NCBI RefSeq assembly: GCF_006345805.1
Contig: NC_042998.1
Span: forward strand, 108,128,001-108,192,000
Length of the DNA: 64,000 nucleotides
DNA from: Octopus sinensis
Taxonomy: Eukaryota
Direction of reading: 5' to 3'
How positions within the stretch are numbered: position 1 is the stretch's first letter; each line of letters opens with the position of its first letter. The position numbers and the translations under genes are program-made. Positions 11,626 through 25,032 of this stretch are shown here, piece after piece. Under the pieces are notes generated by a model. It made no database searches. It was not told the origin of the DNA and saw nothing but the letters and a program-made list of their open reading frames with translations.

Positions 11626-12595
11626 CTGTAAATCCTCGAGTATAATCCGCATTTTTTTCCCAAAATTTAAAGGTCAAAATCCTGAGTGCGTACTATATAC
11701 GAGGCTAAAAATGAAAAATATTTTCTAAGTAATGTCCGAGTCTCTATTTGCTGTCCGGCAATGTTTATTCAGACGCATTTTGTGATGTCGGTCACGAAAA
11801 TACCTTAAGCTAAGCCTGAAAGCAATTAAGTCATAAAAGAATCATCCGTAACTTGCAGTAGGCAACATTTATTAAAATAAAAGTATTCAGATCATAGAAT
11901 AACATGTAACAAAAACAATTTTCAAACATATTTACATTCCCATATAACAGTTAAGAACATCACCATTATTGTATTAAGCATGCGCGGAAGTGTTTGTTCG
12001 ACTAGGTGCTGCTGGCTTAATTATGTACGAATTGTGCTTAATAGTTTAGCACTAAAGAGTTCATCCTGCTGTTTGTATTGGCAGTTTGCATCATTACCGT
12101 GGCAAACAATAGATACTTAATTAAATACCAGTATTAAATGTTTGAACTACTGTGGGTCTTTACTAGGGTTTTTTATAAGCGGGACTTAAACCTATACATT
12201 AATCTCCAATAAAACATTTTATACATTACATGCCCATAAAATGCCCCGTAGATCTTATTCAGCTATGTTTAAACTTGAAGTTATATCATATACTGAAGAG
12301 CATGGTATTAGGGCCACTGGAAGAAAATTTGATGTTGACAAAAGCAATGTAAGGTTATGGAGAAGAAATAAAGATGAAATTAAACAGATGCCAAAGATAA
12401 AGAAGGCAAGAAGGCAATAATAAAGGATGTTACTGTATACATTTTTACAAACCAAGGACCTTATATAGACCTCCTTGACTCAAGTTAGAGAAGAGGTGCA
12501 TATTATGCACAAGGTTTAGGTTTTTCAGAGGTAAAGGCCCCTAAAAATCTCCTGCGTATTATACTCAAGGGCGGACTATACTTGAGGATTTACGG
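11626..12595 (+). mobile_element. Internally deleted pogo-like (Tc1/mariner superfamily) DNA transposon
   Basis: 25-bp TIRs (CTGTAAATCCTCGAGTATAATCCGC, 22/25 match), TA at 11624-11625 and 12596-12597, transposase N-terminal domain inside. Confidence 0.92.
12241..12420 (+). CDS. 59-aa ORF: Brinker-type HTH DNA-binding domain of a pogo transposase
   Basis: MPRRSYSAMFKLEVISYTEEHGIRATGRKFDVDKSNVRLWRRNKDEIKQMPKIKKARRQ*; resembles the RRSY..FKL.V...AE.HG.RA..R.F.V....VR.WR pattern. Below the ORF-track cutoff. Confidence 0.8.
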   Translation: MPRRSYSAMFKLEVISYTEEHGIRATGRKFDVDKSNVRLWRRNKDEIKQMPKIKKARRQ

Positions 12596-12799
12596 TATGT
12601 ATGTATGTATAACATCAAAGTCAAAGATTTACTAATGGGGACAGCGATTATATATCACCTGAGGAGATACAATTATACAGGTAAACTGTTGCTTAATTTA
12701 AATCCTGTGTATATGTGGATCTATGTGGTATCGAAGCATGTGTAATGTTTTTTAAATAGCTGTCTAAACATACTCATTGTTGACTCTATTTATTCAATT

Positions 12800-13779
<980 letters not shown>

Positions 13780-15741
13780 CTAGCTGAAGGTGACCCGCTC
13801 TAGGTGCGGGTAAAAGTGTGGTTGTTGCTTTCTGTTGCTTCCTTTTAGCACGTAAAAAGCACCATCCGAACATGGCCGATTACAGCGCCACCTTGACTGG
13901 CTTCTGTGCCAGTGGCACGTAAAAAGCACCAACCAATCGTGGCCGCTGCCAGCCCCCCTGGTACCTGTGCCGGTGGCACGAAAAAAGCACCCACTACGCT
14001 CACAGAGTGGTTGGCGTTAGGAAGGACATCCACCTGTAGAAACACTGCCAGATCAGACTGGAGCCTGGTGCAGCCTCCTGGCTTCCCAGACACCGGTCAA
14101 ACTGTCCAACCTGTGCTAGCACGGAAAACGGACGTTAAACGATGATGATGATGATGATTCTCCCTCTTTGTTTCTCTCTCCTTTCTCTCTCACTTTCCCC
14201 ACTCTCTTACTCTTCCTTTCTCTTGGACTTTACCTCGCTTTCTCTTACTCTCTATCTTTATCTATCTCTCTCACATTTATAAACAACAAAAGATCTTGAG
14301 TAAGTTGAGAAATAAAATATTTAGAAAGATCAATCATAAATATCAAGCAGTAACAACGGAAAGGTCTGCTTCAAGGCAGACAGCAAAACACTAACATTTA
14401 AAAGGGACAGACGAACTTGCGAGCTGAATAAAAATAATAAAATATTGGAAACCAAAGTTTGAAGGGATAGAATGTGAGGATAGTAGAGTCACCATGGCTG
14501 GCATTTCTTAACGACGGACAGCAACGTTTTGACAGTTTAACGGCTGGCGTAAAATTTTGAACTTGATGTAAAAGAAAATCCCTAAACACCAAGTTTTGAA
14601 GTGATTCTTTCTCACAACAGTAGACTCACCATGGCAAACATTCAAAACTTCATCATGGACGGCAACACATTGACGATTAAAAGGCTGGCGCAAATTTTTT
14701 AGCTTGATGTAACAGAGAATTCCTAAACACCCGCTCCTTTAAATTTTAATCCCCTTCCAGCCCCATTTAGACCCCTTTTCACATTTTGGTTAATATAACC
14801 CGATTTCATTCGGGTGTACTGGGGCCACATTTTATAAGATGAGGAATTTTGTCCTAGAGGTCACGCCTTTCATTTGAGGAAAAAAAAATAGTTGTCATGC
14901 AAACTTGCCAGCACTTTTAACATAGGTCTGCATATTTTCAGTTCAACCGACCACATAATGCACACATTATATATATATATATGTATATATGTGTGTGTGT
15001 GTGTGTGTTGGAGTCTCTGTCATACGTGAGCCTTGACGCTGAATTCGACTGGTAAGCAGGTAACCTTGTCTTTGTTGAAATAGTTGTGAGCTGCTGGAGT
15101 TATTTCTCTGATGGGTAATAGGAATTTCAATATCCTCCGAGGAAACGAACTGTTGACCCAGACAATTAGAATTAATTTTAATAAAAGCATCAATTTAAGA
15201 AAAAATAATAAAGTAGTAAAAAATGAAAATTTAGCATGAAAAATTTGCAGGGTTCTAAATAAATGTTAAAATGTAATAGATACGAAAAACCTACGTTATC
15301 ACCAGAACACGAATGCTCGTTGGTGTGTTCTGTTTGTATTTGCTCGATCGGCGCGTTGACAGGCAGACAATAGGATGCGATCGCAGTGGCGATGATAATT
15401 CTCTCTATGAATGCAGACAGATACATAAAAGAAGGCCGTTTGAGGAAGTGAAAGTAATGGGAATGTATGAAATAGAGTGAGTGAAAATGTGCTGGGAAGA
15501 GTGGAAATAGCGAGAGTGAGTTGAGGAAGACAGATACATTAAAGAACGGGAGTGGACTTGTCAAAGTGGGTTTTTGGCCCTAGCAACGACACATTTTAAG
15601 ATAGGGATTTCTAAAGTAGCCCATGGGCATCGTCACCTCATTTTACATGTCCCTGTAAATTTTGGAGTGAATCCGACGGGATGTAGTGGCCTTGAAAGCG
15701 ATCCAAGCGGTAAAAACGCATTTCAGTTTTATATATAGAGA
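13780..15741 (-). mobile_element. Non-autonomous Helitron with a nested RTE fragment
   Basis: Minus strand starts A|TCTCTATATATAAAAC at 15741 and ends CTAG|T at 13780, with an ACCCGC-N7-GCGGGT hairpin about 10 nt before CTAG; no TSD. Confidence 0.75.
13849..14157 (+). mobile_element. RTE 3' terminal fragment
   Basis: 3' UTR units, GGAAGGACATCCACCTGTAGAAAC and a (GAT)n tail. Confidence 0.92.
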
Positions 15742-15747
15742 TATATA

Positions 15748-16034
15748 TCATCATCATCATGGTTTAACGTCTGCTTTCCATGTTGGCATTGATTGGATGG
15801 TTTGACTGAGAACTGGCAAGCCCGATGGCTGCACCAAGCTCAATATGATTTGGCAGTTTCTACAGCTGGATACCCTTCTTAACGGCAACTACTCCAAGAG
15901 TGTAGTGGGTGCTTTTACGTGCCACTGGCTCAAGGGCCAGTCATGCTCAAATGGTGTTTTTTATGTGTCACCTGCACAGGAGCCAGTCCATATATATATA
16001 TATAAATATATAGGATTATATATATATGTATGTA

Positions 16035-16065
<31 letters not shown>

Positions 16066-16230
16066 CATCATCATCGTTTAATGTTGGCCTGCCATACTAG
16101 CATGGGTGGGATGGTTCCACATGAGCCAGCCAGACCGAAGCCTACACCAGACTTGTGTGACTGTTTTGGCAAGATTTCTACAGCTGGATACCCTTTTGAA
16201 CACCAACTTCTTAACAGTGTGGACTGGGTG
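15748..16230 (-). mobile_element. Two decayed RTE 3' fragments separated by (TA)n
   Basis: CATCATCAT..TTTAACGTC..TTCCATG motifs at 15748 and about 16066. Confidence 0.75.
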
Positions 16231-17023
16231 CTAGCACTCTAGTGTTGTATTTGCTTTAAAGCATATCTTTGTATCTATCTGAAAATGGTTTATCACTACT
16301 TCATAGGCAAATGCTGAAGATATGAAGCTTTATGTACTTATTTCTTTGCTCTTTTTTCTTTTTAAATGTGGAGGTTTGGTCATATAAAGAAGAGCAGTGC
16401 CCTTGACTTTTTCCAAGCAATCTGAGTTTGGTGGGAGGAAATTAACTACAAACTGGAGATCTTGTTTGAATGCCTGCAATAGAGGAAATATGTTAAAAGA
16501 ACTCTGGGTCCAGTGAGAGCATTCAACTGGTGTAAAGATTACTGAAATTTACTGATGCGTGATTTTATCTAAAATTGTCTAAAGAAATTCTCAGAAACTG
16601 GTGAGGCTGTTCTTGTTTAGGACCCAGGACAACTCTTATCTAACTGATCACTGATCAAGAGTGCTTCAGCCTTGATTATCCTTTTTGATCAAATAAACTA
16701 TATTTAGGATTAAATCATGTAGTGGTTTGAGCTTAAATTGCAATTTGAAGAAGGGAATACATTGGTTAGTGATTACAAGGACGAGCCTTTTTTGAATGTT
16801 TGAGGGTGTGCACAGGAGGGTGATGGATTTGTATGATGTTATTTCATTTGGGTTTCTGTTGCAATCTTATTCAAGTATGTGGAAGGTAAAGGAAGTATGG
16901 AAGGTGACACCTATTATTAAAGTAATTATTTGTTGTTATTGTTTAGCCCCTGATCAGTTCTGATTGGAAAAACGTACACTGAAAACATTCCAACCATGAC
17001 TAACCATCTTTTTTTTTTTTAAA

Positions 17024-18119
17024 TAGTTGCACTGAAAGTGTAGCTGCTAGAATAAGAATAGCCTGGGCAAAGTTCAGAGAGCTCTTACCTCTGCTAGTGA
17101 CAAAGGGCCTCTTGCTCAGAGTAAAAGGTAGACTGTATGACACATGTGTATGAACAGCCATGCTACATGGTAGTGAAACATGGGTCATGACTGCTGAGGA
17201 CATGTGTAAGCTCACAAGGAATGAAGCCAGTATGCTCCGATGGATGTGTAACGTCAGTGTGCATACTCGACAATGTAAATACCTTGAGAGAAAAGTTGAA
17301 CCTAAGAAGCATCAGATGTGGTGTGCAAGAGAGATGACTGCGCTGGTATGGTCATGTGGCAAGAATGGATGAGGATAACTGTGTGAAAAAGTGCCACACC
17401 CTAGCAGTTGAAGGAACCTGTGGAAGAGGTAGACCCAGGAAGACCTGGGATGAGGTAGTGAAGCATGACCATCAAACATTAGGCCTCACTGAGGCAATGA
17501 CTAGTGACTGAGACCTTTGGAAAGATGCTCTGCTTGAGAAGACCCGGCAAGCCAAGTGACACCATAACCCGTGGACTATGCCAAGGGTGTAACCAGCCCA
17601 CTTATCCATACCTTTCCTTCATTGGACACTAAACTCTGCTTACAAAGATCTGTTGAGGCAATTGAAATTGAAATCAAATTCAATGACTGGCATGCGTGCT
17701 AGTGGAGTGCTAAGAGCACCTTCCGAGCGTGATCGATGCCAGAACAGCTAACTGGCTTCCGTGCTGGTGGCATGTAAAAAGCACCATTCAAGCGTAATCA
17801 TTACCAGTGTCGCTTTACTAGCACTTGTGCCGGTGACACATGAAAAAGCATTTGAGCGAGGTTGTTGCCAGTGCTGCTGGACAGGCTCCTGTGAAGGTGG
17901 CACATAAAAAAAACACCATTTCCAGTACAACCTGACTGGCCCTCGTGCCGGTGGCATGTAAAAGCACCCACCACACTCTCGGAGTGGTTAGCATTAGGAA
18001 GGGCATCCAGCTGTAGAAACTCTGCCAGATCAAGATTGGAGCCTGGTGCAGCCATCTGGTTTGTCAGTCCTCAGTCAAATTGTCCAACCCATGGAAAGCG
18101 GACGTTAAATGATGATGAT
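17024..18119 (+). mobile_element. 5'-truncated RTE LINE
   Basis: [30 protein letters not shown], 3' UTR units, (GAT)n tail. Confidence 0.93.
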
Positions 18120-18130
18120 ATAATATATAT

Positions 18131-18493
18131 ATCATCATTATTTAATGTCTGTTTTCCATGCTGGCATGTGTTGGGCAGTTTGACAGGAGTTGGTCAGCTG
18201 GAGAGCTGCCCGGGATCTATGTCTGTTTTGGTATGGTTTCTATGGCTGGATGCCCTTCCTAACACCAGCATTGGTATGGGTGTTTTTACGTGGCACCAGC
18301 ATGGATGCTTTTTACATGGCACCAACACTCATAAACCCTGAAGATTAGGGATGCTATGGTGAAGAGGTATGCAGGGATGACCATGTATTTACTTAGCTTG
18401 ACATGTCTTCTCAAGCACATCAAACAGCCAGAAGTTTCAGTCTCCTATCATCCCACTGTAAGGCCCAACATCTGAAGATCGTTTCTCACCACT

Positions 18494-18494
<1 letters not shown>
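18131..18494 (-). mobile_element. Decayed RTE 3' end
   Basis: CATCATTATTTAATGTC..GGATGCCCTTCCTAAC and GTCTTCTCAAGCAC motifs. Confidence 0.7.
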
Positions 18495-18525
<31 letters not shown>

Positions 18526-18530
18526 AAGAG

Positions 18531-19598
18531 CTTTCATGTGCAGCAGCTACACAGGGGCAATAGACACCATTGATACTCGAAAACAGATTCCATTATACTC
18601 CTGGGGGAGAAATTAGAAGTAGTTGATAGTTTCTGTTACCTAGGTGACCAAGTTAGTAGCGGGGGTGGATGCTCAGAGAGCGTTACTACTAGAATAAGAA
18701 TAGCCTGGGCACAATTTAGGAAGCTTCTTCCCCTACTGGAAACAAAGGGTCTCTCACTCAGAGTGAAAGGTAGATTGTACGATGCATGTGTGCGAACTGC
18801 CATGCTTTACGGCAGACCCAGGAAGACCCAGGAAGACATGGGACGAGGTAGTCAAGCATGACCTTCGTATGTTGAGCCTCACAGAGGCTATGACGAAAGA
18901 CTGAGACCTCTGGAGATATGCTGTGACTTCGAAGGCCCAACAAATGAAGTGAGTTCATGGCTTGCAGAACAGCCTGCTGTGCTTGAGGAGACCTATTGTA
19001 TCAAGTTCATCAACATCAAAATAAAAATCAAATGGATATTGTAGTTGTAATACCCATGCCGGTGGCACGTAGGGCCTCACAGAGGAAATGACGAAGACCG
19101 AGACCTCTGAGATATGCTGAGACTGTGAAGACTTGACAAATGAAAAGAGTTCATGGCTTGCAGGACGGCCTGCTGCGCTAACCTTGGATTGTAGAGTGAC
19201 CTGCTGTTCTTGAGGAGACCTATTGAGTCAAGTACTCCAACACCAACATCAAAATAAAAATCAAATGGAAATTGTAGTTGAGATACCCATGGCGGTGACA
19301 CATAAAAAGCACCGTCCAAACATGGCAGATGCCAGCACCGCCTGACTGGCGTCTGTGTCGGTGACATGTAAAAGCACCAACTGATTGTGGCCATTTGCCA
19401 GCCTCCTCTGGCCCCTGTGCTGGTGGCACATAAAAAACACCCTCTACACTCACGGAGTGGTTGGTGTTAGGAAGGGCATCTAGCAGTAGAAACACTGCCA
19501 GACCAGACTGGAGCCTGGTGCAGCCTCCTGGCTTCCCAGACCCCAGTCGAACTGTCCAACCCATGCTAGCATGGAAAATGGATGTTAAACGATAATGA

Positions 19599-19602
<4 letters not shown>
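18531..19602 (+). mobile_element. RTE LINE fragment (variant 3' UTR) with internal deletion and ~200-bp duplication
   Basis: [32 protein letters not shown]; the ORF-end/UTR junction occurs twice (about 18872-19070 and 19073-19310); GAT tail. Confidence 0.88.
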
Positions 19603-19633
<31 letters not shown>

Positions 19634-20620
19634 TTTCTTTGCCAATATATACATATATATATACATACATATAGATATATACATATATGTATGCATACAT
19701 ATGTATAAGTATATACATATGTATATATATATATATATATAAGATATATACATATATATATCCATGCATATATATAGACATATGCACATACATATCCATG
19801 CATATATATAGACATATACACATATATATACATATAGATATATACATATATATATATATATACATACATATAGATTTATACATATATATATATATACACA
19901 TATATATACATACATATATATGCACACATATATATATACATACATATATACACACACATATATATATATGTACATATACACATATATATAATATATATAT
20001 ATACAATTTTCTTTGCCAATATATACATATATATATACATACATATAGATATATACATATATGTATGCATACATATGTATAAGTATATACATATGTATAT
20101 ATATATATTATATATAGATATATACATATATATATCCATGCATATATATAGACATATGCACATACATATCCATGCATATATATAGACATATACACATATA
20201 TATACATATAGATATATACATATATATATATATATACATACATATAGATTTATACATATATATATATATACACATATATATACATACATATATATGCACA
20301 CATATATATATACATACATATATACACACACATATATATATATGTACATATACACATATATATATATATATATATATATGTATACATATATATATATATG
20401 TACACATACATATATATATATATGTATACATACATACACATATATATATACATACATACACATATATATATACATACATACACATATATATACATACATA
20501 CATATATATATATAGATACATATATATATACATACATATATATATATATAGATAGATAGATACATATATATATACATACACACATATATATATAGATAGA
20601 TAGATACATACATATATGTA
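19603..20620. repeat. AT-rich compound microsatellite with a ~370-bp higher-order duplication
   Basis: The unique marker ACAATTTTCTTTGCCAATAT occurs near 19629 and again near 20003. Confidence 0.9.
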
Positions 20621-20625
20621 TTACA

Positions 20626-20820
20626 GTGCAGGTGGCACGTAAAAAGCACCCACTACACTCGTGGAGTGGTTGGCGTTAGGAAGGGCATCCAGCTGTAGAA
20701 ACATTGCCAGATAAGACCGGAGCCTGGTGCAGCCTTCTGGCTTCTCAGATTCCCGGTTGAACCGTCCAACCCATGCTAGCATGGAGAACAGACGTTAAAC
20801 GATGATGATGATGATGATGA
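20626..20820 (+). mobile_element. RTE 3' terminal fragment
   Basis: GGAAGGGCATCCAGCTGTAGAAAC..GACGTTAAACGATGATGAT. Confidence 0.92.
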
Positions 20821-22277
20821 ATATGCTGGAAAATAGACGCTAAATTGTCTAACTGCATAAAATATTTTCACTATTATTATAAATAGTGAAACTATATAAT
20901 TACATTATTTAACATATCCTTTTTTTCAAAGACAGTATGGTGCTATTTAAAAGATTTGGAAGCTATTTCTTGCAAATCAAACAACCACATGGAACCTCCC
21001 TCATTTGTTTTGTTAAGTGTCTGTTTTATAGTTAGATAATTCCAAGTGCAGTGAATTACTTCAGTGAAGTAGCCATTTTGGTAATTGTACTAGGACAATT
21101 ATTGAATGAATTTTTGAACAAACCTATTCTATCAAGATAGATTGCTTCATTATATGTTAAGAACAGCCAGCTCTTTCCATATGTCCAGTAATGTGTGTCA
21201 CATTGTTTGCTACAAGTTAGTGATGACGATAGAAATTTAGAGTATGTTACCTTGATTTAAGTGAAATAAATCTAAAGAATGATAAAAGGCCTGGAAATAG
21301 TAATTGGTCGAGAAAGTAAAGAAATTGTAAAAGAAAAATGCAATAGTAGCTTTGCTGAATTTGCTACAAAATTTCAGAAATTGAGTAAATAAGCAATGTT
21401 TATATATTGGCTTTTGCTGAAATAAGTATCACATAATTTGAAGAACCTTTTGTGTGGTTTCCATTGGAAATTCTAAGGAAGTTAAGCTTCAATGAAATTT
21501 ATTAGAGAGTTTTATATTTATTTAAAAATGGATTTCAAGCTGAACGTAGAGAAAAGGAATTGAAGTTAGTGATGAAATGTATTAATTTCATTTGGGAGAC
21601 AACTTGATTGTTATAAATCTATTTTCTTTCAAGATGGCAGAGCTGGCTGTTCTTCAGTGAAAGAAACTAATATGGGAAGCTGTCTAAAATGATCCAGCTA
21701 TTCTCCTGATGTCTTGAGTACTCAGCAAGGACATTGTTTAACAATATCTATTACACTATAAATCCTTTTTAAGAAAATCAGTAGATTAAGTTAAGATTTC
21801 ATGGGAACAGTAAGGGGAATTCTATCATAACCTGTGTCAAGTCATCAGCATCACCAGGTGGTGGTGGGGTGATGATGATGGTGCAAAGCTGTAAAATGCT
21901 GTCTAATAATGCTAGAGATTTCTTTGTATTTCTATAAGGGTAATGAATGAGGGACATTACAAAGTGCAGGGGATTAATTCAGTGGAGTGAAAATGACAAA
22001 TGGAAAATAGTATGAAAGATATTTTATATATGTCCTTATCAAGGCATGTCTAAGCATTGCCACCACCACCACCATCACTAACACTACAAGGTGGAGTTGG
22101 TATTGGTGGTAGAAAGTGATGATGATGCAACACAGTAAAATACTGTCTGAGGCTTTCTTTTATTTCAGGAAGTCTAATGAATGAGGGACAATACAAAGTA
22201 TAAAATAATGGTGGATTTATATCCTTGTAGTAGAAATAAATGAAATATATTTTGTAGTAGAAAATAATATGAAATAT

Positions 22278-22869
22278 TGTTATATTTCGGAATGGTTATT
22301 TTGCCAGTTTAGCCAATAAAAACACACGCACTATATATTTGGTGTTACTTTGCTTCAGTGTTATTTAGTTTTTACATTAATCTTAATCTTATTTTGGCCA
22401 GAGTTCTTTCATCACACTCCTGTGACCGCATCAGTGGTCCTTTGTTTTCTTCTTTCTTATTTGTGTCTCTCCTTACTAACCGTCAGCCATTTTGTATTTC
22501 TATTGTATGTCTTCATTTGCGCATGCTTATATCTCTATGTGCGTCTATGATTAGTTAGTGTGTGGGGGGGATGCCTGTAATATTTGTATCTTCTGTTTAT
22601 ATACGTTCATGTAATTTGTTTTTGTTGTTGTTTATTCTTATTTTGTTCATGTGTTTACATCCACTTATTATTATCATTACATATGCTTGTATGTATGTAT
22701 GTATAACAACAATACTAGTAATAATAATAATAAATCGAAAAAAAAAAAATATAGTTATTTATTTCTATTTGTTTATTTATCTGTGTATTTATTATGTTTT
22801 CGGGATCCTCTACCATCATATATTGTGGTGTGTGCTAAACTGGCAAAATGACCATTCCGAAATATAACA
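22278..22869. mobile_element. Non-autonomous TIR element with TGT..ACA termini (Ginger-like)
   Basis: 36-bp TIRs TGTTATATTTCGGAATGGT(T/C)ATTTTGCCAGTTTAGC at 35/36; flanks ATAT and AAAT (imperfect 4-bp TSD). The superfamily call is an inference. Confidence 0.85.
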
Positions 22870-23049
22870 AAATCTGTTTCAACACACAACTTCACATAAA
22901 AAATCTTGCACAACAAATATATAAGCATACTAATATGAAATATATTTTACATATGTCCCAATCAGGACATATTTAAGCAGTAACAGCAGCAGTAGTAGTA
23001 GCAGACACTGCACTGCTGTTGCTACTACGTTTATTAGGGTGGAGAAGGA

Positions 23050-23374
23050 GTACCAGATTAAATTCCCTGCTTTGTCCCGGTGGCACATAAAAAGCACCAT
23101 CCGAACGTGACCGATGCCAACCCCGCCTCGAATGGCTTCTGTGCCGGTGGCACATAAAAAGCACCATCCGAACGTGGCCGATGCCAGACCCCTCTGGCAC
23201 CTGTGCAGGTGGCACGTAAAAAGCACCCACTACACTCGCGGAGTGGTTGGCGTTAGGAAGGGCATCCAGCTGTAGAAACACTGCCAGATCTGACTGGCCT
23301 GGTGCAGCCTTCGGGCTTGCCAGACCCCAGTTGAACCGTCCAACCCATGCTAGCATGGAAAGCGGACGTTAAAC

Positions 23375-23407
<33 letters not shown>

Positions 23408-23408
23408 A
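23050..23408 (+). mobile_element. Young RTE 3' terminal fragment
   Basis: CpG-retaining 3' UTR units and a long (GAT)n tail. Confidence 0.93.
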
Positions 23409-23412
23409 TATG

Positions 23413-23446
<34 letters not shown>

Positions 23447-23494
23447 TGTATGTATGTATATATATATATATATGTATATACACATATATGTATG

Positions 23495-23526
<32 letters not shown>

Positions 23527-23540
23527 TATATGTATGTATG

Positions 23541-23586
<46 letters not shown>

Positions 23587-23588
23587 TG

Positions 23589-23638
<50 letters not shown>

Positions 23639-23640
23639 TG

Positions 23641-23679
<39 letters not shown>

Positions 23680-23747
23680 CACACATATATGTATGTATGT
23701 ATATATATATAATATATATATATAATATATATATACACACATATATG

Positions 23748-23803
<56 letters not shown>

Positions 23804-23809
23804 TGTATG

Positions 23810-23861
<52 letters not shown>

Positions 23862-23882
23862 TGTATGTATGTATATATACAT
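23409..23882. repeat. (TA)n-based compound repeat with recurring ACACACATATATGTATG units
   Basis: Direct reading. Confidence 0.95.
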
Positions 23883-24758
23883 ATGCAGGTAAGTTCCAGG
23901 CCCTGCGCTACCGGCACACAAAGGTAAACAACGTGCAGACTGGATACACTGGCCCAGGAAGAATTGCAATCCCTGAGTCAAAATCAGTGTGTGACCTAGG
24001 TATTGACATGAGCAATGATGCATCTTTCCAAGTGCATATTACTAATCTGGTGATAAAATGCAAACGGCTAGCTGGATGGATTTTCCGAACTTTCAGAACA
24101 AGAGAGAAGGAGACATTGATGGTCCTCTGGAAAACATTCGTCCTCAGCCGCTTGGACTACTGCTCCCAACTATGGTCACCACACAATATAAAACTAACAG
24201 CAGAACTCGAAGCAATTCAGAGAAGCTACACAAAGACGATTGTCTCAATGCAACATATCAGCTACTGGGAAAGACTGAAAGTATTAAACCTCTTCTCCCT
24301 AGAGCGGAGGCAGGAGAGATATGCGGTGATATACATCTGGTAAATCCTGGAGGGTCTTGTCCCAAACTTTGGCATTCAAAGCTACCCCAACTGCAGAACG
24401 GGGCGCCACTGCATGGTGCCAAAGATTCCAACATCACCATCAAAATACAGGACCAGATACTGCAACAGCTTGGGTTTCAGAGGACCACTGCTCTTTAACA
24501 TCCTCCCTAAATGCCTAAGAGACTTACATGGTGTGGATGTCGGTTTCTTTAAAACTAAACTGGATCTCTTCTTGTCGGGAGTCCCAGATGAACCTACCTC
24601 ACGACAGGAGACGCAGATGCGGGCAGCAGCATCGAACTCCCTTGTTGATCAAGTGCCATGTATCAAAGGTGGATTCACATATTAGTGTAGATCATTCAGC
24701 GGTGGTGCCCCAGCATGGCCGCGGCCTTCGGGCTAAAACATTTTTAAGGATTTAAGGA
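23883..24758 (+). mobile_element. 5'-truncated CR1/L2-group LINE
   Basis: [36 protein letters not shown], one stop, then the C-terminus; (TTTAAGGA)n tail; (TA)n on both sides. Confidence 0.93.
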
Positions 24759-24796
24759 TATATATATATATATACACATATATGTATATATATATA

Positions 24797-25032
24797 TATA
24801 CCCCCACACACATATATTGCTACACAGCAGTTAAACATGAACTGTGGCCACTGAAGACATGCATAGGTTTGAAAGAAATGGAACTAGTATGCTTTGCTGG
24901 ATGTGCAATGTTAGTGTGCACGTGTGACAGAATGTGAGCATCTTGAGAGAAATGTTGGGCATAAGAGGCATCAGATGTGGTGTGCAAGAAAGGCAGCTGC
25001 ACTGGTATGGCCATGTGATTCTAATGGATGAG
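24797..25032 (+). mobile_element. Old RTE ORF2 fragment
   Basis: LREMLGIRGIRCGVQERQLHWYGHVILMDE. Confidence 0.8.
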
